A stretch of DNA of 64,000 nucleotides from an uncultured Clostridia bacterium (GCA_944363615.1 CALVUQ010000001.1:44691-108690), one strand, 5' to 3'. Shown: positions 27,135-36,041, counted from the stretch's first letter. Notes: generated by a model from the letters alone, not told the origin. Numbers and translations are program-made.

Positions 27135-29003
27135 TCAGTGCCAGGTAATCTGGTTGACGCCGATGTTTTTACCGAAGTTATTGAAGTTTACAAGGCGTTT
27201 ATTGACCTCAGCGGAATTTCCGAAGGGGTCAAGCATGATTTCTTCAAGCTCGTCGATGCGGGCGTCCTTGCCGTCGGCAAAGCGCAAAAGGCGAGCGGCG
27301 CAATGTTCGACTCGTCTTATGAGTCCGCCCAGACGATAGTCCAGCACCTCGAAACCGTTAGGCTTGTTTTCGACGCTCCACTGATATTCCAAAGCGGCAT
27401 AAAACTGCTCCAGTTTTTTGATAAGCGGATAATAAAGCGATTTGACCAATGTTTTGATAGCCTTGGGATCTGCCGTCTTATAGGCGTTGCGCGTTTTGAC
27501 GCCCAGCTCGTATTTTATCTGAAGCGCCTCGCACAGACAGCGCTGAGTGGTAAAGATATAGGAATATCTGCCCGCGATTTTTTCGGCTGCTTTAAGATCT
27601 TTTATATGTTTTTCGTACACGGCGGCGTCACCCTCTTTAACCAACGGGTCCATAAGGCCGCCAATGCAGTCGTTGAAAAGCATGTACTTGGAGGGATTGT
27701 TGTGATTGGGCGCAAGATATTCGTCGACGTCGTTGGCGGAGTCGATTTCCATGAACTTTTCGGCTTCCATGTCCGTAAGCGCATAGAACGCCGCCGAATA
27801 ATCCTCGTGGCCGTACTCGAATTCCGCAGTATAGCAAAGCACGGGAAGCACGGCAAGGTCTGAGCATTCCGCGCCGTCGTCGCCCCACATGGTCATCATT
27901 ATTTTGTCGACGCCCTTTTCCTCGCAGGACTTCAAAGCGGTTTTCGTCACGTCCAGGGAGAATTTGTTGGAAGGCGTGAATCCCGACCACATCCAGGCGC
28001 CGCCCGCAAACATAACCTCGCGGTTGAATTCCTGATGGCGTTCGATCATGGCGTTATACACGGCGGGGTCGTTGTTGTAATAATCCCAATAAACGAGTCT
28101 GAGATTTTCGGGAACGAGTTCTATGACTTCCTGATCGATGGTTCTGCCGTCGGACACGTAGTATGCGCCGTTAAAAGCAAGGCGGAAGAACATATCGCTC
28201 CACATCATGGGTTTAAAGCCATATCTTTCGGCGATTTCCACCACTTTATTGAGGTGACGAAGCATAATTTCGCTGCGCTTTTGCGTGGCGCCGTGTTTGT
28301 CTTCGAATTTGCCCCTGCCGATAAGATGCGCTTCGTCCATACCGATATGAATTTTACGCGAACGGAAGCACTTGTCAAGCGTGATGAACATATGCTCTAT
28401 AAGTTCGTAAGTGCGGTCCTCGTCAATAAGCAGAATATCGTTGATGTCGTTTATATCCCTATAAGCCTCCCAGCGGAATATCTGATTGAGGTGCGCAAGG
28501 GTCTGAATACAGGGCACCGCCTCGATTCCGAAACGAGCGGCGTAATCGTCGATTTCCTTCATTTCGGCAATCGTGTATCTGCCGCGCATATAACCGAAGT
28601 AGGGCTCCGACTCCACCTCGTAAGTGTCCTCGGTATAAAGCTGAATCTGATTGTAGCCCATAAGCGCAAGATGACGAATAAGCTGCTTGACGTGAGTCAC
28701 GTTTCTTACGGCGTTTCTGGAGCAGTCAAGCATAATGCCCAATTCAGACGCCTTGCAGGTTTCCGAAACGGAAAATCCCTTTTTGTTGAAATTCTGTTTG
28801 ACAAGTCTTAATCCGCGGAAAAACTGATTAAGCGCGGGATAAATCACTTTGATGACTTTGCCGTCGAAAGAAACCTGAAGCGTTTCTCCCTCCTCGGCAA
28901 CAAGCTCGTATCCGTTGCCGTCCAGCGTAAAATTAAGTTGCGCGGCAAGCTCTGCGGTACATTCCCTTAAATTGTCCGACAATTTGGAAATATTGACTTT
29001 CAT
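27135..29003 (-). CDS. glycoside hydrolase family 20 beta-N-acetylhexosaminidase
   Basis: GIMLDCSRN and HIGMDEA catalytic-region motifs. 622 aa. SD ggaggag. Confidence 0.85.
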   Translation of the reverse strand: MKVNISKLSDNLRECTAELAAQLNFTLDGNGYELVAEEGETLQVSFDGKVIKVIYPALNQFFRGLRLVKQNFNKKGFSVSETCKASELGIMLDCSRNAVRNVTHVKQLIRHLALMGYNQIQLYTEDTYEVESEPYFGYMRGRYTIAEMKEIDDYAARFGIEAVPCIQTLAHLNQIFRWEAYRDINDINDILLIDEDRTYELIEHMFITLDKCFRSRKIHIGMDEAHLIGRGKFEDKHGATQKRSEIMLRHLNKVVEIAERYGFKPMMWSDMFFRLAFNGAYYVSDGRTIDQEVIELVPENLRLVYWDYYNNDPAVYNAMIERHQEFNREVMFAGGAWMWSGFTPSNKFSLDVTKTALKSCEEKGVDKIMMTMWGDDGAECSDLAVLPVLCYTAEFEYGHEDYSAAFYALTDMEAEKFMEIDSANDVDEYLAPNHNNPSKYMLFNDCIGGLMDPLVKEGDAAVYEKHIKDLKAAEKIAGRYSYIFTTQRCLCEALQIKYELGVKTRNAYKTADPKAIKTLVKSLYYPLIKKLEQFYAALEYQWSVENKPNGFEVLDYRLGGLIRRVEHCAARLLRFADGKDARIDELEEIMLDPFGNSAEVNKRLVNFNNFGKNIGVNQITWH

Positions 29004-29155
29004 ATTCTCCTCCGTTAACGGAAATATTGATTATTATATTGTAACAGATAGTATTTGTAAAATCAAGCCAAAAAACGGAAATTTTATCAAACTGATACCT
29101 TTTTGTATAAGCATAAGCCTTATTGTGTAAGAAAAATTTGCGCGCTTGACATGTG

Positions 29156-29177
29156 CGCATATGCGCAAAAATATTTT
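29156..29177 (+). promoter_or_regulatory. TTGACA box followed by a perfect 14-bp palindrome (operator candidate) upstream of uppP
   Basis: TTGACA at 29156-29161. TGCGCATATGCGCA at 29164-29177 equals its own reverse complement. Confidence 0.35.
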
Positions 29178-29251
29178 AATCCGTTACAGCCTGCGGTTCA
29201 GCCTCTTTCATAAGGCGTAATAACCGTCTGATAACGATCATATTTTATTGT

Positions 29252-30016
29252 ATGAGTTATCTTGAAGCTTTTATTATGGGTATATTGCAAGGACTTACGG
29301 AATTTTTACCCGTTTCATCCAGCGGGCACCTGGTGCTGTTTTCGCGTATTACGGGCACAGAGTCCTCTTTGTTTTTCGACCTTATCTTGCATCTCGGTAC
29401 ATTGCTTGCGGTTATAATAGTTTTTGCGGGAGATATTGCCCGTCTTGCCGCGCATCCTTTCTCCCATAAGTCGAAAATGCTGATTTTGTCAACCGTCGTA
29501 TCCGCAGCTGTGGTTTTTTTAGTCAAAGACGTCGTAAAGCAAACCTTTGACGGAGCGTTGCTGCCTTTCTTTTTCCTGATAACGGCGCTTGTTCTCTTTT
29601 GCTCTACTTACTTCTCTCCCCGACATAAAAGCGAAGAAATCGGCGTATTAGACGCCTTGATAATCGGCGCCGCGCAGGGCCTTGCCGCTTTTCCCGGGCT
29701 TTCGAGAAGCGGACTGACCGCGTCGGCGGGCAACTTCCTCGGGATCAGGCAAAAGGAAAACGCCTCCTACTGCTTTTTGCTTTCCGTGCCGATAATACTG
29801 GGTTCGGCAATTGTGGAAATTATCGGCGGGAATTTCGAATACGTGCCTTCAGGATGCCTTTTGACAGGCTTTTTTGCGGCGTTTCTTTCGGGGTTAGTCG
29901 CGCTTATGCTGCTTAAAAAAGTGTTTCTTAAAAACCGCTTCGACGTTTTTGCCGTCTATCTTACAGTACTGTCGGCGTTTCTGATAATAAACGACGTATG
30001 GCTGCACCTTTTTTGA
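29252..30016 (+). CDS. uppP: undecaprenyl-diphosphate phosphatase
   Basis: GILQGLTEFLPVSSSGHL and PGLSRSG motifs of BacA/UppP. Confidence 0.9.
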   Translation: MSYLEAFIMGILQGLTEFLPVSSSGHLVLFSRITGTESSLFFDLILHLGTLLAVIIVFAGDIARLAAHPFSHKSKMLILSTVVSAAVVFLVKDVVKQTFDGALLPFFFLITALVLFCSTYFSPRHKSEEIGVLDALIIGAAQGLAAFPGLSRSGLTASAGNFLGIRQKENASYCFLLSVPIILGSAIVEIIGGNFEYVPSGCLLTGFFAAFLSGLVALMLLKKVFLKNRFDVFAVYLTVLSAFLIINDVWLHLF

Positions 30017-30180
30017 TTTTTACGGCATTAAACGTACTGAACGTAAAAAACTTTTTCCGGCACGGTTAAAAAGCTTTAATATTATGCCGCAAAAGGAAAA
30101 CGCTGCGGCGCGCATTAAAAAGTATATAAATTCTGTTTATGCATATAATAGGATTGTCAAGACATTCAAGGAGGAATAAA

Positions 30181-30696
30181 ATGGCAACTGCCGTAAACCA
30201 GAACAGCAAAACTTCGCCCGCGATGCACGTGCTTTATTTACTGCTTATATCCGCCACTATCGTGTCGCTTGGGGCGTTGATGGGATTTATCGGCGGCGCA
30301 ACCGAAGGCTTTTCGGGGATAACGCGCCCCACCTTAACCCCGCCCGACATAACTTTTTCCATAGTATGGCCCATATTGTACTTCATGATGGGCGCGTCTT
30401 TCTATCTGACGCTTATCTCTACGCCCGCTACCAAAGAAGAAAAAACGATCAGAATCGCTTCCATCGTGATTTTCCTGGTTCAGCTTGCGGTTAATTTTAC
30501 ATGGACTCCCATTTTCTTCAAAGCGGATATGTATTTCTTTGCGTTTGTATGGATCGCCATCCTGGACGCAATGGTGACCGCGCTTATCATACTGAATTTC
30601 AAAATTAACAAGTGGTCCGCAATACTTCTGATCCCTTATCTTGCCTGGATACTGTTTGCAACTTACCTTAACATCATGATAGCTGTTTACAATTAA
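30181..30696 (+). CDS. tspO: TspO/MBR family tryptophan-rich sensory protein
   Basis: Five TM helices, W-rich (FSIVWPILY, NFTWTPIFF, PYLAWILFATYLN). ATG at 30181 is preceded by aggagg. Confidence 0.8.
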   Translation: MATAVNQNSKTSPAMHVLYLLLISATIVSLGALMGFIGGATEGFSGITRPTLTPPDITFSIVWPILYFMMGASFYLTLISTPATKEEKTIRIASIVIFLVQLAVNFTWTPIFFKADMYFFAFVWIAILDAMVTALIILNFKINKWSAILLIPYLAWILFATYLNIMIAVYN

Positions 30697-30802
30697 ATCA
30701 TGGGCTGAGGAAATCGTTATTCGCCTGATAAATCTTATAAGTTTTTGCCAAAATCGGGCTTATAAGAACAGCTTACGAATAACAAGGAAACGATAAATCA
30801 AC

Positions 30803-30837
30803 AAAAAAGACAGGTCTATTAAACCTGCCTTTTTTTA
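30803..30837. terminator. probable bidirectional terminator (tspO / rubrerythrin)
   Basis: Short imperfect stem agacagg / cctgcct flanked by an A6 run and a T7 run. Confidence 0.45.
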
Positions 30838-30884
30838 TTTAACAGAAAAGTTTGCGCATTGAACCTTATGCTAACAAGGAAATT

Positions 30885-31412
30885 TTACTTGAAGTATCTG
30901 TCAAGCAATCCCTTGAAGCCTGCGCCGTGACGCGCCTCGTCCTTCGCCATTTCGTGAACGGTATCGTGAACGGCGTCGTAACCGAGCTCTTTTGCGCGTT
31001 TTGCAAGCTCCAGCTTGCCTTTGCAAGCGCCCGCTTCAGCCATGTAACGAAGCTCAAGGTTCTTCTTGGTGGAATCGGTAACGACTTCGCCCAGAAGCTC
31101 GGCAAATTTTGCGGCATGCTCAGCCTCTTCGTAAGCGTATCTCTTATAAGCCTCGGCAACTTCGGGATAACCTTCGCGCTCGGCTACTCTTGCCATGGCA
31201 AGATACATGCCTACTTCGGTGCATTCGCCGGTAAAGTTCTCCTTAAGTCCGTTGACGACCATTTCGTCCTCTACTTTGCCGTCGCCTACGTGATGCTCGC
31301 AAGCCCAGGTCTCCTTTTCGGCGGGAACAGGCTCAAACTTAGTGGCGCCGCACTGAGGGCATCTCGTTACGTTGTCTTCAACCACACAACCGCAAACCAA
31401 ACATCTTTTCAT
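30885..31412 (-). CDS. rbr: reverse rubrerythrin (N-terminal rubredoxin-like domain plus ferritin-like diiron domain)
   Basis: CLVCG..CPQCG at the N-terminus, then [12 protein letters not shown] and EMAKDEARH diiron motifs. Confidence 0.85.
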   Translation of the reverse strand: MKRCLVCGCVVEDNVTRCPQCGATKFEPVPAEKETWACEHHVGDGKVEDEMVVNGLKENFTGECTEVGMYLAMARVAEREGYPEVAEAYKRYAYEEAEHAAKFAELLGEVVTDSTKKNLELRYMAEAGACKGKLELAKRAKELGYDAVHDTVHEMAKDEARHGAGFKGLLDRYFK

Positions 31413-31495
31413 AATTACAAATCCTCCGTAATAAATTTTTTATCCAAAAGCGCTTTTGCGCGTTTCGTCCTTTTTTTCGGGCGCTGATTGTCTTA

Positions 31496-31918
31496 TTATG
31501 CGTCCGCTTTGTCCTTTTTTATACAATCGGGACATATCCCGTAAAAAACAAGTTTTTCCCTTTCCACCTTATACCCTAAATTTTCCACCTCGTCGGTTAA
31601 AGCCGAAGCAATGAACACGTCCTTTATTTTGCCGCACCTGCTGCAAACAAAATGCGCGTGATTGCTGACGTCGGCGTCGTAATGAATACAGTCTTTGGTG
31701 GTTTCAAGAGTGTTGACCTTGCCCGTCGCCACAAGCTTTTTAAGATTGCGATAAACCGTTGCCACCCCTATGTTGGGAAGACGCCGCTTTACCTCATTGT
31801 AAATGGCGTCCACATCGGGATGAGAGGTCGTGCTTTTAAGCGTCTCGTATATTATATCGCATTGAGCGGAATGTCTTACGCCCTTTTCGGTATTGACTTG
31901 TGATGTCTTTTCAATCAT
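31496..31918 (-). CDS. fur: Fur family transcriptional regulator
   Basis: Winged-helix region ATVYRNLKKL, then HAHFVCSRCGK...CPDC metal sites. Confidence 0.85.
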   Translation of the reverse strand: MIEKTSQVNTEKGVRHSAQCDIIYETLKSTTSHPDVDAIYNEVKRRLPNIGVATVYRNLKKLVATGKVNTLETTKDCIHYDADVSNHAHFVCSRCGKIKDVFIASALTDEVENLGYKVEREKLVFYGICPDCIKKDKADA

Positions 31919-31942
31919 TTAAGTAACCGTCTTAATCAATAA

Positions 31943-31957
31943 TGATAATCATTATCA
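31943..31957. promoter_or_regulatory. Fur box (perfect 7-1-7 TGATAATcATTATCA)
   Basis: Exact match to the B. subtilis Fur 7-1-7 consensus TGATAATnATTATCA, 3 nt downstream of the -10 element of the fur promoter. Confidence 0.7.
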
Positions 31958-31959
31958 TT

Positions 31960-31988
31960 ATAATAGCACCCTGAAAGAGCTTTGTCAA
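31960..31988 (-). promoter_or_regulatory. sigma-A type promoter of fur(-rbr)
   Basis: Minus strand reads TTGACA, 17-nt spacer, TATTAT. Confidence 0.55.
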
Positions 31989-32135
31989 GCATTTTTACAA
32001 AATTTCCCGAAAATTTTTCGGAGAAAAGGGAATCGAACAAATCGATAAAAAAACGAAACATTATCCTGTTGATTTTTGCCGTTATGCGATATATACTTAA
32101 ATCTATATTAAGATAATAAAATCGGGAGGATGATA

Positions 32136-33305
32136 ATGTTTACTTTAACGCCGCCGATGGGCTGGAATTCATGGAACACGTTTGCGGAAAATATCGACGA
32201 AAAGCTGATACGCGATACCGCGGACGTAATTGTGGAAAAAGGACTTGATAAACTGGGTTACAATTACGTAATAATCGACGACTGCTGGTCGGAAAAGGTG
32301 CGCGACAAAAACGGAAGGCTTGTCGCCGACGCAAAAAAATTTCCCTCGGGAATAAAAGCGCTTTCCGACTACATCCATTCAAAAGGATTGAAATTCGGCA
32401 TGTATTCCTGCTCGGGCACGCTGACCTGCGCGGGTTACCCGTCCAGTTACGAATACGAATTCATTGACGCGGATACGTTTGCAAAATGGGGCGTTGATTA
32501 CCTTAAATACGACTTCTGCTTCAAACCCGAGTTCGTTCAGGGCAAAACCCTTTACCGGCGCATGGGAACGGCGCTTGCAAACTGCGGCAGGGATATCCTG
32601 TTTGCGGCGTGCAGCTGGGGCGCGGAAAAAACTCACGAATGGATACGCTCCACCGGTGCAGGCACATGGCGTTCAACAGGCGACATTTTCGACAACTGGG
32701 AATCCGTTAAAAAAATAATTCTGCAGCAGGTCGACAGGACGGGCGAGTACGGCGGCAGCGGCGCAATGCCTTTCGGCGGACTGGGCTGTTTTAACGACAT
32801 GGATATGCTTATCGTGGGTATGAACGGTAAAGGCAACGTAGGATTGGGCGGCTGTACTTCGGAAGAATACAGGACTCATTTTTCCGCCTGGGCTATTTTC
32901 GCCTCCCCCCTCATTATCGGTTGCGACGTAAGAAACCTGGACCCCGAAGCGGAAAAAATCCTTACCAACAAAGAAGTTATTGCAGTTAACCAGGACGTGC
33001 GCGGCGCTCAGCCCTATATCGCCAACGAAGTCTGGCTTAAGGAAAACAACGACAATACCCCCGTTGTGGCAAGACTGCTTGCAAACGGCGACATTGCTGT
33101 GGCATTGTTTAACCTTAAGGACGAAGGCTCGCGCGTGGACTTCCGCGGCGACCAGCTGGGACTTTCCCCGTCCACCAAAGTCAGACTTTTCGCGCGCGAT
33201 CTTTGGAGCGGCGAAGAATTCGAGATACACAATTACACCTACTTTACGCACATCGACGCGCACGCTTGCAAACTTTTAAGAGTCAGGGTCGTCCCGCAAT
33301 TATGA
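32136..33305 (+). CDS. glycoside hydrolase family 27 alpha-galactosidase / alpha-N-acetylgalactosaminidase
   Basis: PPMGWNSWN, IIDDCW and YLKYDFC motifs. ATG at 32136 lies 6 nt after gggagg. Confidence 0.85.
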   Translation: MFTLTPPMGWNSWNTFAENIDEKLIRDTADVIVEKGLDKLGYNYVIIDDCWSEKVRDKNGRLVADAKKFPSGIKALSDYIHSKGLKFGMYSCSGTLTCAGYPSSYEYEFIDADTFAKWGVDYLKYDFCFKPEFVQGKTLYRRMGTALANCGRDILFAACSWGAEKTHEWIRSTGAGTWRSTGDIFDNWESVKKIILQQVDRTGEYGGSGAMPFGGLGCFNDMDMLIVGMNGKGNVGLGGCTSEEYRTHFSAWAIFASPLIIGCDVRNLDPEAEKILTNKEVIAVNQDVRGAQPYIANEVWLKENNDNTPVVARLLANGDIAVALFNLKDEGSRVDFRGDQLGLSPSTKVRLFARDLWSGEEFEIHNYTYFTHIDAHACKLLRVRVVPQL

Positions 33306-33502
33306 GCCGTTGCAAAAATTGCGGAAAAGAGCTGAACACCGTCGACATAGGGCTTACCAAAAAGCTGATAAACCGCGGCGCGACGGAATTTTACTGCAAA
33401 AAATGTCTTGCCGCTAAATTCAACGTCACGGAAGAGCTTCTTGACGAAAAAGTCAGACAATTCCGCGCGGCGGGCTGCATGCTTTTCCCTCCCCTTGAGT
33501 AA
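33302..33502 (+). CDS. small zinc-ribbon protein (66 aa)
   Basis: MSRCKNCGKEL...YCKKCL. The ATG overlaps the GH27 stop (ATGA), suggesting translational coupling. Confidence 0.5.
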   Translation: MSRCKNCGKELNTVDIGLTKKLINRGATEFYCKKCLAAKFNVTEELLDEKVRQFRAAGCMLFPPLE

Positions 33503-33556
33503 AAATTACGACAATCGGATATAAAAAGGTTAAATACTTATAAACTGCCCGTAACT

Positions 33557-33596
33557 GAAAAAAAAGCGGGCCTTGTCAGAAAGGCCCGTTTTTTTA
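33557..33596. terminator. bidirectional terminator
   Basis: 8-bp GC-rich stem cgggcctt / aaggcccg, loop gtcaga, flanked by an A9 run and a T7 run. Confidence 0.8.
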
Positions 33597-33647
33597 TATA
33601 CCTGTTTACTTAACGGCAGAGGCTTTATCGTTATAGCTTCCGCTTAT

Positions 33648-34457
33648 CTATCTTACGCCCAGTTTTTTAAGAATCTGAGCGGCTTTTAAAGGATTATTGC
33701 AGGTAAACGCAACTGCGCCGCGCTCTAAAGCCGTCTTAAAGGTCTCCTCCTCGTCAACCTTGAAATAGCACCACGGCTCGGCACCGTAAGATTTTACCAG
33801 GTCAAACTTCGATTGATCGGACACGATGTTCGTTTTGCTCCAGTCGGCTTTTCCGTTTTTGTCAAAAGAAATGTTGAAAAGGCAAACGCAGGCACAGCGC
33901 TTAAAAAAGTTTTCGGAAAAATATTCGCCCAGAAGCCTTACGGGACAATATCCGTGCAACCTTATGCGGTTTTCGTATTTCGTGTAAACGTAATTTAATA
34001 TGTCTCCCGAAAAACTGTTGATGTAACAGCGTTCCGTTACGCCGTATTCGTCCAGCATCGCGATCGCCTTGTCGCAGGATTCGTAAGCAAAAGCGCCGCA
34101 TTCGCCTGGATAGTCTTTAAGCTCGATATTAAGCTCGATATCCTTGCGGTCTTTGACAAGCTCCAGAAACTCGCGGAGAGTCGGAACTTTTTCCCCTTTG
34201 AACTTTTCACCCTTATGTATTCCGGCGTCGGCTTTTTCCACTTCGGCAAAATCCGTTTCGCGTATCAGTCCTTTTTTGTCGGTAGTGCGGCAAAGATCAT
34301 GATCGTGCATAAGCACAAGAACACCGTCGCGGGTCATGTGAACGTCCGTTTCAATCATGTCAATGTCCAGCTTAAGCGCTTCCTTAAAAGCGACCATCGT
34401 GTTTTCCGGATAACATTCCGAAAAACCTCTGTGAGCGGCAAGTCTGATTTTTTTCAT
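33648..34457 (-). CDS. glycerophosphodiester phosphodiesterase family protein
   Basis: AHRGFSECYPENTMVAF and ETDVHMTRDG motifs of the GDPD fold. SD aggagg. Confidence 0.85.
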   Translation of the reverse strand: MKKIRLAAHRGFSECYPENTMVAFKEALKLDIDMIETDVHMTRDGVLVLMHDHDLCRTTDKKGLIRETDFAEVEKADAGIHKGEKFKGEKVPTLREFLELVKDRKDIELNIELKDYPGECGAFAYESCDKAIAMLDEYGVTERCYINSFSGDILNYVYTKYENRIRLHGYCPVRLLGEYFSENFFKRCACVCLFNISFDKNGKADWSKTNIVSDQSKFDLVKSYGAEPWCYFKVDEEETFKTALERGAVAFTCNNPLKAAQILKKLGVR

Positions 34458-34609
34458 ATCCTCTTCCTCCTTATAATGAGGTTAATTTTATCACTTGCAA
34501 ACTACAAAGTCAAGTCGCGTTTAACCATTTTAAATATTTTTTCATATCATGTAAAAGGGAAGATTTTTTACTTCCTTAATTCAAACCAAAGAAACACGAG
34601 GATTTTTAT

Positions 34610-34990
34610 ATGTTCAATAACCTTTTCGATAATCTTTTCGGCTTTAACCGTTGCGGCAACTCTTCCCAAAACAACTGCGGCTGCGACAGTAATTGTCAGA
34701 ACGGCTGCGGCTGCGGCAATTCTTCTCAAAACAACTGCGGCTGCGACAGTAATTGGCAGAACGGCTGCGGTTGCGGCAATTCTTCCCAAAACAACTGCGG
34801 CTGCGACAGCGGTTGGCAGAACGGCTGCGGCTGCGGCAATTCTTCCCGAACCAACTGCGGGTGCGACAGCGGTTGGCAGAACGACTGCGGCTGCGGAAAC
34901 TCTTCTCAAACCAACTGCGGGTGTGACGAATGCCATATAAGAAAACGGCGCTGTCACAAATGCAAATGTTTTTTCTTCCTTAATTATTAA
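34610..34990 (+). CDS. cysteine-rich tandem-repeat protein (126 aa, 24 Cys)
   Basis: SD gagga lies 8 nt upstream of the ATG and a terminator follows immediately. Differences between repeat copies include several third-position synonymous changes in this frame (TCC/TCT, GGC/GGT, GGC/GGG, TGC/TGT). Confidence 0.6.
   Translation: MFNNLFDNLFGFNRCGNSSQNNCGCDSNCQNGCGCGNSSQNNCGCDSNWQNGCGCGNSSQNNCGCDSGWQNGCGCGNSSRTNCGCDSGWQNDCGCGNSSQTNCGCDECHIRKRRCHKCKCFFFLNY
34652..34933 (+). repeat. about 4.7 tandem copies of a 60-nt (20-codon) unit
   Basis: Unit tgcggcaattcttcccaaaacaactgcggctgcgacagyrrttggcagaacggctgcggc encodes CGNSSQNNCGCDSxWQNGCG. Confidence 0.9.
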
Positions 34991-34993
34991 AAA

Positions 34994-35030
34994 GAAAAAA
35001 ACCGCTTTTTTATAAAGCGGTTTTTGTTTT
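34994..35030. terminator. bidirectional terminator (Cys-rich gene / rpsR)
   Basis: Stem aaaaaaaccgcttt / aaagcggttttt flanked by A and T runs. Confidence 0.75.
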
Positions 35031-35302
35031 TACTCTCCCTTATAAGGCAGTAAAGCGATTGCCCTTGCGCGTTTGATGGCGACGGCAAGCTGACGCTGAT
35101 GTTCGGCACAGGTGCCGGAAGCACGGCGGGGAATGATTTTGCCCTTTTCCGTGATGAATCTTTTAAGTTTTGCAACGTCCTTGTAATCGATTTCCTCTAT
35201 TTTTTCGGCACAGAACGCGCAAACTTTTTTCTTGGGCGCGCGTCTGAACTTTTTGGACTTATCGTCCGTATCGACGTTTTTAGTGATATTTTTCTTATCC
35301 AT
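35030..35302 (-). CDS. rpsR: 30S ribosomal protein S18
   Basis: [53 protein letters not shown] is the canonical S18 sequence. Confidence 0.95.
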   Translation of the reverse strand: MDKKNITKNVDTDDKSKKFRRAPKKKVCAFCAEKIEEIDYKDVAKLKRFITEKGKIIPRRASGTCAEHQRQLAVAIKRARAIALLPYKGE

Positions 35303-35326
35303 TTTAAATTACCTCATAAAAAATTT

Positions 35327-35746
35327 TCAGAAAGGCAGGTCGTCCGTATCGACGGGTTCCAGCTCACTGACCTTTTTGTTCTGCCCGGAAGGCCTGTTAG
35401 AGGGACCTGCGGCGGGCGCGCCGTCTGCGCTTTTGGGCGAAATGAATTCCACGTCTTCGGCGACGATGTCCGTCATATAACGCTTGTTGCCGTCCTTATC
35501 CTCGTAAGTGCGGTTCTGAAGCTGGCCTACGACGCAGACTTTACTTCCCTTGAAAAGGTACTTGCTGCAATTGTCCGCAAGGCCTCTCCAGGTGACGATG
35601 TTGATAAAGTCCGTCTCCCTTTCTCCGTTGGCGTTTGAATAGGAGCGGTTAACGGCAATGCTGAATCTGCAAAGCGAAACGCCGCTGCCTGTGGTCTGAT
35701 ACTCGGGGTCTCTGGTAAGATTACCGATAAAAATACATTTGTTCAT
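35327..35746 (-). CDS. ssb: single-stranded DNA-binding protein
   Basis: MNKCIFIGNLTRDPE OB fold and acidic C-terminal tip DDLPF. Confidence 0.95.
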   Translation of the reverse strand: MNKCIFIGNLTRDPEYQTTGSGVSLCRFSIAVNRSYSNANGERETDFINIVTWRGLADNCSKYLFKGSKVCVVGQLQNRTYEDKDGNKRYMTDIVAEDVEFISPKSADGAPAAGPSNRPSGQNKKVSELEPVDTDDLPF

Positions 35747-35759
35747 AATTTACCGCCTG

Positions 35760-36041
35760 TTATTTCTTCACCACGATAAATCTGATAACTTCGTCCGTGA
35801 TGCGCATCTGACGTTCAAGTTCCTGCGGGAAATCGCTGGGAGCCGTGAAGTTCATAAGCACATAGTAGCCTTCCGACTTGAAGTCGATCTCGTAAGCAAG
35901 CTTTTTAACGCCCCACTTGTCAACGCTTTCCACAGTTCCGCCGCCGTTTTCCACCGCGGTCTTGAACTTGTCGCAAAGCGCGTCTTTTGCAGCGTCGTCA
36001 ATCTTCGCGTCGAGAATGTAAAGAACCTCGTACTTGTTCAT
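35760..36041 (-). CDS. rpsF: 30S ribosomal protein S6
   Basis: MNKYEVLYILD...WGVKKLAYEI is the canonical S6 sequence. Confidence 0.95.
   Translation of the reverse strand: MNKYEVLYILDAKIDDAAKDALCDKFKTAVENGGGTVESVDKWGVKKLAYEIDFKSEGYYVLMNFTAPSDFPQELERQMRITDEVIRFIVVKK

Noticed and set aside
31938-31965. Operator upstream of fur considered as a PerR box because of the adjacent rubrerythrin.
   Set aside because: The 15-mer matches the Fur 7-1-7 consensus exactly and differs from the PerR consensus at the diagnostic outer positions. I therefore call it a Fur-type box, with the regulator's identity left open.
34652-34933. Tandem 60-nt repeats considered as a CRISPR array or non-coding satellite.
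   Set aside because: There are no unique spacers between repeats. The period is a multiple of three, the repeats lie inside an ORF with an SD and a terminator, and there are no cas genes in the window.
34215-34957. Alanine/threonine-rich ORFs (plus 34215-34940, minus 34568-34957) overlapping the 60-nt tandem repeats.
   Set aside because: Neither has an SD. The plus-strand ORF starts deep inside the antisense of the GDPD gene. Inter-repeat substitutions are synonymous in the Cys-rich frame, not in these frames.
34610-34990. Cys-rich repeat protein considered as a RiPP precursor (ranthipeptide/SCIFF-like or lanthipeptide).
   Set aside because: No radical-SAM, LanM/LanB, protease or exporter genes are adjacent. 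The neighbours are a GDPD gene and rpsR. The protein is also long and repetitive rather than leader-plus-core.
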